Below are positions 12,534 to 20,636 of a stretch of DNA of 64,000 nt, one piece after another. The DNA comes from Pseudomonadota bacterium (GTDB lineage: Bacteria > Pseudomonadota > Alphaproteobacteria > Sphingomonadales > Sphingomonadaceae). Within the stretch, counting starts at the first letter, position 1, and each line of letters begins with the position of its first letter. The stretch is from the NCBI GenBank assembly GCA_023424095.1, contig JAFAEG010000030.1:6674-70673 (forward strand). Direction: 5' to 3'. The notes beneath the pieces were generated by a model. The model had not been told where the DNA came from and did not search any database. It saw only the letters and a list, made by a program, of their open reading frames with translations. The translations under genes and the position numbers were made by a program.

Positions 12534-13030
12534 AGCCGCACCCCGCCGCGGCCCAGATCGCCGAAATCCTTGCGGTCGGCGACGATCTCGTCCGGATCCG
12601 CCCCGCGCCGCGCCCGCGCGAACACGACGGTGCCGACGGGTTTCTTCTCCGTCCCGCCGCCCGGTCCCGCTATCCCGGTGATCGCCACCGAGACATCGGC
12701 TTCGGCCTTGGCCAGCGCCTGCTGAGCCATGTTCCAGGCCGTCGCGACCGACACCGCGCCGAACGTCTCGAGCACGTCACTGCTGACCCCGAGCAGGGAC
12801 ATTTTCGCTTCGTTCGAATAGGTTACGAACCCGCCTTCGAACACATCCGAACTTCCCGGAATCTCGGTCAGGGCCGCTGCCACCAGTCCGCCGGTGCAGC
12901 TTTCCGCGACCGAAATCCTGCGCCCGGCCTCGCGATTGGCGTCCACCACCTTGCGCGCCAGCTCGACCAGTTCGGCCGGCAGCACGAAATCACGATGCTC
13001 GCTCTGGGGAGGCTCAATCCCGTCCGTCAC
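12482..13030 (-). CDS. CinA family protein (PncC-like nicotinamide-nucleotide amidohydrolase domain)
   Basis: Contains the CinA C-terminal domain signature [37 protein letters not shown]. Confidence 0.85.
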   Translation of the reverse strand: MTDGIEPPQSEHRDFVLPAELVELARKVVDANREAGRRISVAESCTGGLVAAALTEIPGSSDVFEGGFVTYSNEAKMSLLGVSSDVLETFGAVSVATAWNMAQQALAKAEADVSVAITGIAGPGGGTEKKPVGTVVFARARRGADPDEIVADRKDFGDLGRGGVRLQAALCALELLMPGSTL

Positions 13031-14202
13031 AAATTGTCCTCCACCCGCACCGTCGCGATCGCCTGCGCGGCAATGCCTTCGCCGCGACCGGTAAAGCCCA
13101 GCCGCTCCGTCGTCGTCGCCTTGACGCTAACCCTGTCCATTGGGAGCCGCAACAACTCCCCGATCCGCAGCCGCATCGCCTCCCGGTGCGGCCCGATCTT
13201 CGGCGCCTCGCAGATGATCGTGACATCGACATGTTCGATCGCGCCGCCGGCCTCCTCGACCAGTTTGCGCGCATGCTCCAGGAAGAGCGGGGAGGGCGCG
13301 CCCTTCCATTGCGGGTCGCTTGGCGGAAAATGATCGCCAATATCCCCCGCCGCGATCGCGCCCAGCAGGGCGTCGGTCAGCGCATGAAGGGCGACATCGG
13401 CGTCGCTATGGCCCTTCAGCGCACGGCCATGCGGGATTTGCACGCCGCCGATCCAGACATGATCGCCCGGCTCGAACGCGTGCACGTCGAAGCCTATGCC
13501 GACCCGCACCGACGTCCGCGCGGCAAGCATCGCCTCCGCCCGCGCCCAATCCGCGCCCGTCGTCAATTTCTCCAGCAATTGATCGCCTTCCACCGCCGCG
13601 ACCGTCATGCCGCGAGCCTGAAGATAGGCGCTTTCGTCGGTCGGCACGCCGCCCTCCCAGGCCGTGATCGCCGCGCGCAGGGCTTGCACGCCGAAAGCCT
13701 GGGGCGTCTGCACCCGCGCCACCTTGTCCCGGTCGAGCCGCTCCCCAAGCGCATCGCCGGCGAGCATCGCCAGCGTGTCCGCCACGGGCAGCGCGGGAAT
13801 CGCCGCATCATGATCTTGCAGCGCGGCCAGCAGCCGATCGATCACCGCGGGCGGGCAAAAGGGCCGGGCCGCGTCGTGGATGAGGACTTTGTGTGCGCTG
13901 GCGGGGAGGGCGTTCAGACCGTTCACGACCGACAGCGCTCGTTCCTCGGCGCCGATGATCAAATCCCCCACCGCGAGACCGTCCAGCGCCGCCTGGGCCA
14001 GCGCCTCCTGGCCGGCGCCAATCACCACCCGCACCGCGTCGATCCCCGGATGCGCCAGGAACGGCTCCACCGCCCGCCGCAGCACGGCTTTGCCCGCCAG
14101 GGGCCGATATTGTTTGGGCAGGTCTCCGCCCAAGCGCTCACCGCGACCGGCGGCAACGATCAGGGCGACGACGGCAGGAGCCTCTGGAACAGCCACGGAC
14201 AT
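13027..14202 (-). CDS. ispDF: Bifunctional IspD/IspF (MEP cytidylyltransferase / MEcPP synthase)
   Basis: N-terminal [10 protein letters not shown] (IspD) and C-terminal [20 protein letters not shown] (IspF) lie in one 391-aa ORF. Confidence 0.93.
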   Translation of the reverse strand: MSVAVPEAPAVVALIVAAGRGERLGGDLPKQYRPLAGKAVLRRAVEPFLAHPGIDAVRVVIGAGQEALAQAALDGLAVGDLIIGAEERALSVVNGLNALPASAHKVLIHDAARPFCPPAVIDRLLAALQDHDAAIPALPVADTLAMLAGDALGERLDRDKVARVQTPQAFGVQALRAAITAWEGGVPTDESAYLQARGMTVAAVEGDQLLEKLTTGADWARAEAMLAARTSVRVGIGFDVHAFEPGDHVWIGGVQIPHGRALKGHSDADVALHALTDALLGAIAAGDIGDHFPPSDPQWKGAPSPLFLEHARKLVEEAGGAIEHVDVTIICEAPKIGPHREAMRLRIGELLRLPMDRVSVKATTTERLGFTGRGEGIAAQAIATVRVEDNL

Positions 14203-14254
14203 GGCCGCGCCTTATCGACGTCAGGCCAAAGGGGCCAGCGTCAGAACGAGTGGC

Positions 14255-15031
14255 TTAGGAGCGCGACCGGCGCGCCGCGCGTTCCCGCTGCCGCTCGGCG
14301 TCGCGCGCCTCGCGCATGGCCTGTGCGGCTTCCGCATGCTCCAGCGCCCGCATTTCGGAGGTCGGCGTATCGGCGATCACATGCACGGTCTCGCCCATCC
14401 GCGTCGCGCTGAACAGCAGGCGCGAAAACTCCATCGGCAGGCGGACACAGCCATGCGAGGCCGGATAGCCCGGAATCACCCCGGCATGGAGCGCGATCCC
14501 GTCCCAGGTCAGCCGCTGCATGTTCGGCATCGGCGCATTGTCATAGATGTTGGAAAAATGGTCCCGGTTCTTCTGCAGGATCGGGAAGGTGCCGGTGGGC
14601 GTGCGATGCGTGGCACGGCCGGTCGACACCGTCGACACGCCGATTAGCCGCCGGTCACGGAAGACATAAGCGCGCTGCGCCGAGAGGCTGACCACGATCG
14701 ACATGGGCCCGCTCTCAACATGATCCGCCTTCCACACGAAGCGGCCGGGGCGGAGCTTCGACGCATCCGCCTGGATCTGGCGGCCGATGCGGCGATCCTC
14801 CGCGGCGATGCGGTGGGTCTGGACGGCCTGGTCGACGAAGCTCTGGATCGCGCCCGGATCGGCGGTTTCGGCCACCGCCTGCAGGGTGGCGCGCGAGGCC
14901 GTGGGGGACGCGGCCGGATCGGCATCCGGAGTCGAGGCGCTGGCCCGTCCAATCGCGGAGGCTGCCGGTGCAAAGCCCACCACCAGAGCGATGAGCGAGA
15001 AGCGACCGACCTGACGCAAAGCATTGGACAT
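14255..15031 (-). CDS. L,D-transpeptidase (YkuD domain), paralogue 1
   Basis: Signal-like N-terminus and the catalytic motif ASHGCVRLP in a YkuD-type domain. Confidence 0.85.
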   Translation of the reverse strand: MSNALRQVGRFSLIALVVGFAPAASAIGRASASTPDADPAASPTASRATLQAVAETADPGAIQSFVDQAVQTHRIAAEDRRIGRQIQADASKLRPGRFVWKADHVESGPMSIVVSLSAQRAYVFRDRRLIGVSTVSTGRATHRTPTGTFPILQKNRDHFSNIYDNAPMPNMQRLTWDGIALHAGVIPGYPASHGCVRLPMEFSRLLFSATRMGETVHVIADTPTSEMRALEHAEAAQAMREARDAERQRERAARRSRS

Positions 15032-15320
15032 AACAGGACCCCTCCCCAGGTCGCATCAGCCTCTTCGAACGATCAGCTATTCCTCGCTGAACCTTCACAA
15101 AGTCTTGGCATCGCGACCAAATTCGTACGGGCTCGTTTCTCCCCGCCGCAAAAAGTGCGCGATTGACTGGCGCACTCTCCATGACGTGCGATGAACCGTA
15201 TCATAACAACGACGGTCTGAAACCGGCTTTTCGCCACTTGCCGCCATTCTCCGCCCCGCCGTTGCCCAAAAGCGACGGCCTGCCGGCTGTCCGCGCCCAG
15301 AAGCGGGCAAGTCCAGCCCA

Positions 15321-15359
15321 AGAAAAAGGGCGGCTCCGGTCTCCCCACCGGAGCCGCCC
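15321..15359 (-). terminator. Intrinsic terminator after L,D-transpeptidase paralogue 2
   Basis: On the minus strand the sequence reads GGGCGGCTCCGGT-GGGGAG-ACCGGAGCCGCCC followed by TTTTTCT, starting 6 nt after the stop at 15365. Confidence 0.65.
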
Positions 15360-15364
15360 AGCGG

Positions 15365-16054
15365 TCAGCGCGCGCTGGCCATCTGTGTGGCGCGCGCACC
15401 GCCCGTGGCGAAAGCGAGGGCATCGGCGGCGGACGGGGGCGTGTCCGCGACGATGTGCACGCTTCCGCCCATGCTCGTGGCGCCGAACAGCAGCCGCGAG
15501 AATTCCATCGGCAGCCGGATGCAGCCGTGGCTGGCCGGGTAACCGGGCAAAGCGCCGGCATGGAGCGCGATCCCGCCCCAGGTCAGCCGCTGCATGTTCG
15601 GCATCGGCGCATTGTTGTAGAGGTTGGAGAAGTGCCGGCGGTTCTTCTGCAGGATCGTGAAGCTGCCGGTCGGCGTGCGATGCCCGCGCATGCCCGTGGA
15701 GACCGTGGTCACGCCGATCAATTTGTCGGCGCGATAGACATAGGCCTTCTGCGCCGCGATGCTGACCACGACGACGACTTCGCCATTCTCCTGCCGCTCC
15801 GGCATCCACAGAAACTCGCCCGGCGTCAGCGCCTCGGCGCGCTGCTCCAGCTCGGCAGCCTCGCGCACCGCCGCCTGGTGGCGCTCGGCCGCCGCATGCA
15901 ATTCCTGCGCGACCGCCGTCGAGAAGGCGTCCTGCGCCTCATTCTGCTGAGTCACCGGCGCGGCGACATCCTGGCCGACCGCGGACGCGACCGGAGCGAT
16001 GGCGAGGAGCAGGCCGAAGGCGCTCGCTCCCAGGAATTTGCGTGACTTGGTCAT
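15365..16054 (-). CDS. L,D-transpeptidase (YkuD domain), paralogue 2
   Basis: ASHGCIRLP motif. I prefer the start MTKSRKFLGASAF at 16054, which lies 8 nt after GGGAGG. Confidence 0.85.
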   Translation of the reverse strand: MTKSRKFLGASAFGLLLAIAPVASAVGQDVAAPVTQQNEAQDAFSTAVAQELHAAAERHQAAVREAAELEQRAEALTPGEFLWMPERQENGEVVVVVSIAAQKAYVYRADKLIGVTTVSTGMRGHRTPTGSFTILQKNRRHFSNLYNNAPMPNMQRLTWGGIALHAGALPGYPASHGCIRLPMEFSRLLFGATSMGGSVHIVADTPPSAADALAFATGGARATQMASAR

Positions 16055-16262
16055 CTTTCTTGCCTCCCATTCTTGCCGGCTCGGTCCCGGCTTGCGAGAC
16101 CCATTTGCCATTGGCCGGGGAGGGGATTGAGCGTGCGGCGACCGGGGTGCCGCGCGGTTCGTCGGGCCGACCGGGAGGCGATTCCGCGCGACGAACGTGT
16201 CTAAACCATGCGTCTGGGGTGCAGCTTCGTCGTATCAGGCGCGACCTTGGCCGCCCGAGGGC

Positions 16263-17018
16263 TCAGCGCGAGGCGGATTCGCCGGCGACGCTGCGGACAT
16301 AAGCCAGCGCACCGGCCGCCGACGGCGGCGACTCGCCGATGATATGCACCCGCCCGCCCATCTGCGTCGCGGCGAACAGATGGTTGGAGAAAGCCATGGG
16401 CAGGCGGATGCAGCCATGGCTGGCCGGATGGCCGGGGATCGCCCCGGCGTGCAGCGCGATCCCGTCCCAGGTCAGCCGCTGCATGTTCGGCATCGGCGCA
16501 TTGTCATAGAGATTGGAGAAATGCGTCCGGCGCTTCTGCAGGATCGTGAAGCTGCCGGTCGGCGTCGGGTGGCTGTCCATGCCGGTCGACACGGTGCTCA
16601 CCCCGATCAGGTCGCCGCCGCGATAGACATAGGCCATCTGCTCGGCGAGGCTGACCACGATCACCACTTCACCATTGGCCTGCCGCTCCGGCATCCACAG
16701 GAAGCGGCCCGGCCGAAGTGCGGTCACCCGTTCCTCGAGCAACGCATCCTCGGTCGCCGCCGCGCCATTCTCGACGCTGGCGTTCGTCAGAGACGTGTCC
16801 TCTGATGCCAGCCGCGTCGGAACGAACGCCTCGCGGTTCCAATTGTCGTTCGACATGCTCTCGGGCTGGCGCGAAGGCCGGCCGTTGGCGGCGTCGTGAA
16901 TCTGCTGCTGGGCCGCGCTGCGCTGCGGCTCGGCGGCGTCCTGCGCGAAGGCGGACGAGGGGAGGGCAATCGCCCACACGGCCAGCGCCGCCCCGCTTAA
17001 TCTGTCCACCAACCGCAT
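16263..17018 (-). CDS. L,D-transpeptidase (YkuD domain), paralogue 3
   Basis: ASHGCIRLP motif. I prefer the start MRLVDRLSGAALAVWAIALPSSAFA at 17018, which follows AGGAG. Confidence 0.85.
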   Translation of the reverse strand: MRLVDRLSGAALAVWAIALPSSAFAQDAAEPQRSAAQQQIHDAANGRPSRQPESMSNDNWNREAFVPTRLASEDTSLTNASVENGAAATEDALLEERVTALRPGRFLWMPERQANGEVVIVVSLAEQMAYVYRGGDLIGVSTVSTGMDSHPTPTGSFTILQKRRTHFSNLYDNAPMPNMQRLTWDGIALHAGAIPGHPASHGCIRLPMAFSNHLFAATQMGGRVHIIGESPPSAAGALAYVRSVAGESASR

Positions 17019-17143
17019 CGAACCACTCCTGAAAACGCCACACAATTTGCCAATCAATGACCGCGTACGGGCGTCGGTTCCCAATATTATAGTGGCGCAA
17101 CAACCGAGTCACGCCGCCCCGCGGCTTCCGTCCGCGCCTGCCT

Positions 17144-17941
17144 ATGCCTATGTCGGAGCCCATGTTCGTCGACAGCCATTGCCACCTCAATTACAAGGGC
17201 CTCATCGAGGACCAGCCCGCCGTGCTGGCCCGCGCGCGCGCCGCCGGCGTCTCGGCGATGCTCAACATCTCCACCCGCTCCAGCGAATGGGACGCCGTCC
17301 TCGCCACCGCCGAGGGCAATGCTGACGTCATGGCGTCGGTCGGCATCCATCCGCACGAGGCGGATCTGCACCCCGATGTCGAGACCGAGACCCTGGTCGA
17401 GCGCGCCGCCCACCCGAAGGTGATCGGCATCGGCGAAACCGGCCTCGATTATTATTACGACAAGTCCGACCGCGACCGGCAGCGCCAGAGCTTCCGAAGC
17501 CACATCGCCGCCGCCCGCGAGACCGGCCTGCCTTTGATCGTCCACACCCGCGATGCCGAGGACGACACCTGGCAGATCTTGAGCGAGGAAATGGGGAAGG
17601 GCGCCTATCCGGCCCTGATCCACTGCTTCACCGCCAGCCAGGATTTCGCATCGAAGGTGCTCGAGCTCGGCCTGACCATCTCGATCTCCGGCATCGTCAC
17701 GTTCAAGAATGCGAAGGAGCTGCAGGAAGCGGCCAGGCAGATCCCCGCCGATCGCCTGCTGATCGAAACCGATTCCCCGTTCCTCGCCCCGGTTCCCCAC
17801 CGCGGCCGACCGTGCGAGCCGGCCTATGTCGCCGACACCGCCCGTTTCCTCGCCACTCTGCGGGAGGAGAGCGTCGAGCAGCTCGCCGAAACCACCACCG
17901 CGAATTTCTACCGCCTCTTCACCAAGGCGGAGCGGGCATGA
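17144..17941 (+). CDS. TatD family metal-dependent hydrolase
   Basis: MFVDSHCHLNY, GIHPHEA, IGETGLDYYY and ETDSPFLAP are TatD signatures. An alternative start lies at 17162. Confidence 0.9.
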   Translation: MPMSEPMFVDSHCHLNYKGLIEDQPAVLARARAAGVSAMLNISTRSSEWDAVLATAEGNADVMASVGIHPHEADLHPDVETETLVERAAHPKVIGIGETGLDYYYDKSDRDRQRQSFRSHIAAARETGLPLIVHTRDAEDDTWQILSEEMGKGAYPALIHCFTASQDFASKVLELGLTISISGIVTFKNAKELQEAARQIPADRLLIETDSPFLAPVPHRGRPCEPAYVADTARFLATLREESVEQLAETTTANFYRLFTKAERA

Positions 17942-17944
17942 AGG

Positions 17945-18210
17945 GGTGGGGCGCGGCAGGCCGCGCCAAGCCGCAAAGGCGCGAAGAAGCGAAGGGTGTT
18001 CACGCGGAGGCGCGGAGAAAGAGAAGAGGAGGCGCGGAGGGTATCCCTCTTTCGACGCCGACAGGCGTCCATCATCGTCGATCTGGTGTGAAGGGCGCTG
18101 CGCGCCAGGAAGCCACGCCTCCGCGCCTCTTTTTCTCCTCCGCGCCTCCGCGCGAACGAATCTTTCTTGTTCCCTTGGCGTCTTCGCGGCTTGGCGCGCA
18201 GCGCCCCGAA
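17945..18210. repeat. MITE/REP-like intergenic element with about 80-nt imperfect terminal inverted repeats
   Basis: The left arm (GCGCCAAGCCGCAAAGGCGCGAAG...GGAGGCGCGGAGG, about 17963-18040) is the reverse complement of the right arm (CCTCCGCGCC...CGTCTTCGCGGCTTGGCGC, about 18118-18197). It shares an 18-nt core with the element at 56542-56674. Confidence 0.6.
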
Positions 18211-18227
18211 ACCACTTCGTCTCCAGC

Positions 18228-18992
18228 ATGAAAGTCCGCATTCTCGGCTGCGGCACTTCGTCCGGCGTGCCCCGGATCGGCAATGACTGGGGCAGTTGCG
18301 ACCCAAATGAACCGAAAAATCGCCGCCGGCGGGTCTCCATCCTGGTGAGCGACGGCGACACGCGCATCCTCGTCGACACCGGCCCGGACCTGCGCGAGCA
18401 ATTGCTCGATGCGCGGGTCGGCGCGCTCGACGCGGTGATCTGGACGCACGAACATGCCGATCACGCCCATGGCCTCGACGATCTGCGCCAGCTCTTTCAC
18501 AATATGGGCGCGCCGGTCCCGGCCTTTGCCAGCGCCCGCTGCCTGCGCAGCCTCAGCGCCCGCTTCGATTATGTCTTCGAAGGGAAGTGGGGCTATCCGG
18601 CCACTGTCGCCGCGCAAATCCTGCCGGACGAGCTCACGGTCGGCAATATCTCGGTCGGCCATGTCGAGCAGCCGCACGGCAATATCACCAGCACCGGCCT
18701 GATCTTCGCACGAAATGGTAAACGAGTCGTTTATTCCACCGACTTCAACGACTTGACGGACGACATGGCCACAGCGTTCGAAGGCGCTGACCTGTGGGTC
18801 GTCGATGCGCTCCGGCTGCGGCCGCACCCCACCCACAATCATCTCGACCGCACTTTGGGCTATATTGACCGGCTCAAGCCGAAGCGCGCGGTGCTGACTC
18901 ACATGGACAACAGCATGGACTATGCCTCTTTGCGGCGGCAACTTCCTCCCCATATCGAGCCTGGATTCGATGGCATGGAGATCGCGCTGTGA
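18228..18992 (+). CDS. MBL-fold metallo-hydrolase (PhnP-like)
   Basis: Contains MKVRILGCGTSSGVPR and the THEHADHAHG metal-binding motif. The upstream part of ORF 17826..18992 is read-through of the repeat element. Confidence 0.85.
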   Translation: MKVRILGCGTSSGVPRIGNDWGSCDPNEPKNRRRRVSILVSDGDTRILVDTGPDLREQLLDARVGALDAVIWTHEHADHAHGLDDLRQLFHNMGAPVPAFASARCLRSLSARFDYVFEGKWGYPATVAAQILPDELTVGNISVGHVEQPHGNITSTGLIFARNGKRVVYSTDFNDLTDDMATAFEGADLWVVDALRLRPHPTHNHLDRTLGYIDRLKPKRAVLTHMDNSMDYASLRRQLPPHIEPGFDGMEIAL

Positions 18993-19591
18993 ATGAGGGA
19001 GGGGACCAGGCGATCCGCGTCATCTATTTGCTTGGCGTACTGGTGCTGGTGATCAGCGCCTTCGCCGTTCGCCGCGTCCGGCTCGGCACCGCGGTCAAGA
19101 TGTTCGCCTCCTGGGTGCTGATTTTCGCCGCGGCCTTCGTCATCTTCACCTTCAAGGACGATTTCGTGGCCTTGGGCGACCGCTTGCTGGTCTCCGTGCG
19201 CGGCGGCGAGACCGTTGCGACCGCGCCGGGCGAGACCCGTGTCCTCCTGGCGCCCGACGGCCATTTCTGGGTCGAAGCGGAAGTGAATGGTCAGCCGGTC
19301 CGCTTCCTCGTCGACAGCGGCGCCACGGTCACCAGCATCTCCACGGAAACTGCGCAGCGCGTCGGGATCCAGCCGCAGCCCGGTTTGCCGGTCGTGGTCA
19401 GCACCGCCAATGGCCTGGTCAACGCCCAGCGCGGCCGCGCCGAGCGCCTGCTGGTCGGCAACATCGAGCGGCAGAATGTCGCCGTCCACATCTCCGAAGC
19501 CTTTGGCGATCTCAACGTGATCGGCATGAACTTTCTGTCCTCGCTGCACAGCTGGAGCGTGGAAGGGCGGACGTTGATCCTGAGATCCTGA
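18989..19591 (+). CDS. Retropepsin-like (clan AA) aspartic protease, membrane-anchored
   Basis: N-terminal TM segments and FLVDSGATVTSIS (DSG catalytic motif), as in TIGR02281-type proteins. The GTG start overlaps the MBL stop (GTGA). Confidence 0.75.
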   Translation: MNEGGDQAIRVIYLLGVLVLVISAFAVRRVRLGTAVKMFASWVLIFAAAFVIFTFKDDFVALGDRLLVSVRGGETVATAPGETRVLLAPDGHFWVEAEVNGQPVRFLVDSGATVTSISTETAQRVGIQPQPGLPVVVSTANGLVNAQRGRAERLLVGNIERQNVAVHISEAFGDLNVIGMNFLSSLHSWSVEGRTLILRS

Positions 19592-19651
19592 CGCTTCCAC
19601 TCTGATCGGTATTTTACATAATGTATATTATCGCACTTATGGAGCGTACCG

Positions 19652-20425
19652 TTGAGCGCCCCTGAGCAATCCCCCCTCGACCGCCTGCTCGACATCATGG
19701 CCCGGCTCCGCGATCCGGCCACCGGCTGCGAATGGGACGTCGCCCAGAATTTCGCGACCATCGCCCCTTGCACGATCGAGGAAGCCTATGAGGTCGCCGA
19801 CGCGATCGAGCGAGACGACATGGCCGATCTGAAGGACGAGCTCGGCGATCTCCTGCTCCAGGTCGTCTTCCACGCCCGCATGGCCGAGGAAGACGATCAT
19901 TTCGCCTTCGCCGACGTCGCCAACGCGATCAGCGACAAGATGGAGCGCCGGCACCCGCACATCTTCCACGGCGCAGCCAATGGCGGCCATCACCTCTGGG
20001 AACAGGTCAAGGCCGAGGAACGCGCCGCCAAGGGCCATGCGAGCGTCCTCGATGGCGTCGCGCTCGGCCTGCCGGCATTGAAGCGCGCCGAGAAGATCCA
20101 GAACCGCGCCGCCCGCGAAGGCTTCGACTGGGCCGACGCCGCCGGCCCGCGCGACAAGATCGACGAGGAACTGGCCGAGATCGACGCCGCCGCGACCCCG
20201 GCCGAACGCGAAGCCGAAATCGGCGATCTGTTGTTCAGCGTCGTCAACCTGGCCCGCCACCACGGCCTGGACGCCGAAGCCGCGCTCACCGGCGCCACCC
20301 GCCGCTTCGAGCAACGCTATCGCCTGATCGAACAGACAGCGGAAAAGCCGCTGCGCGAGCTCAGCCTCGATGAGTATGAGGCGTTGTGGGCGCAGGCCAA
20401 GGCGAGCCTTGCCGCGACCGAATAG
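19652..20425 (+). CDS. mazG: Nucleoside triphosphate pyrophosphohydrolase MazG
   Basis: Tandem MazG domains (EEAYEVADAIE..ELGDLLLQVVFHA and EIGDLLFSVVNLARH). The TTG start lies 7 nt after GGAG. Confidence 0.9.
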   Translation: MSAPEQSPLDRLLDIMARLRDPATGCEWDVAQNFATIAPCTIEEAYEVADAIERDDMADLKDELGDLLLQVVFHARMAEEDDHFAFADVANAISDKMERRHPHIFHGAANGGHHLWEQVKAEERAAKGHASVLDGVALGLPALKRAEKIQNRAAREGFDWADAAGPRDKIDEELAEIDAAATPAEREAEIGDLLFSVVNLARHHGLDAEAALTGATRRFEQRYRLIEQTAEKPLRELSLDEYEALWAQAKASLAATE

Positions 20426-20447
20426 GCCCCTTTCCTACTCCATCAAT

Positions 20448-20462
20448 GTTCTGCTATTGTTC
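20448..20462 (+). promoter_or_regulatory. LexA-box-like direct repeat GTTC-N7-GTTC
   Basis: GTTCTGCTATTGTTC lies in the 211-bp lower-GC spacer upstream of the ABC-F gene and matches the alphaproteobacterial SOS-box pattern. It is a single occurrence and could arise by chance. Confidence 0.3.
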
Positions 20463-20636
20463 TGGTCCGCTCTTCGAAACCCATCTGTTCGAGCGCCATC
20501 TGCCGCGCACCTTATTGTGGCGCTGGCAACCCTGACATTTTCGCCCTGGGGGTGTGAACCTTCAGAACCTTTCGACCGCGGGATCGCTTTTTTCGGCCCC
20601 TCGCACCCCTAGTCGGAAGCTGCTAGAGGCGCCGCC

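Noticed and set aside
18000-18150. Repeated GGAGGCGCGGAG / CCTCCGCGCC strings, considered as a possible CRISPR or tandem array.
   Set aside because: They are sub-repeats within the two arms of one inverted repeat, without a regular repeat-spacer period. I saw no CRISPR-like array anywhere in the window.
17826-18227. N-terminal extension of the MBL hydrolase ORF, and the 430-aa antisense ORF 17087..18379.
   Set aside because: Both are read-through of the inverted-repeat element. The translation is Arg/Ala/Pro/Glu low-complexity, and the MBL domain starts at MKVRILGCG (18228).
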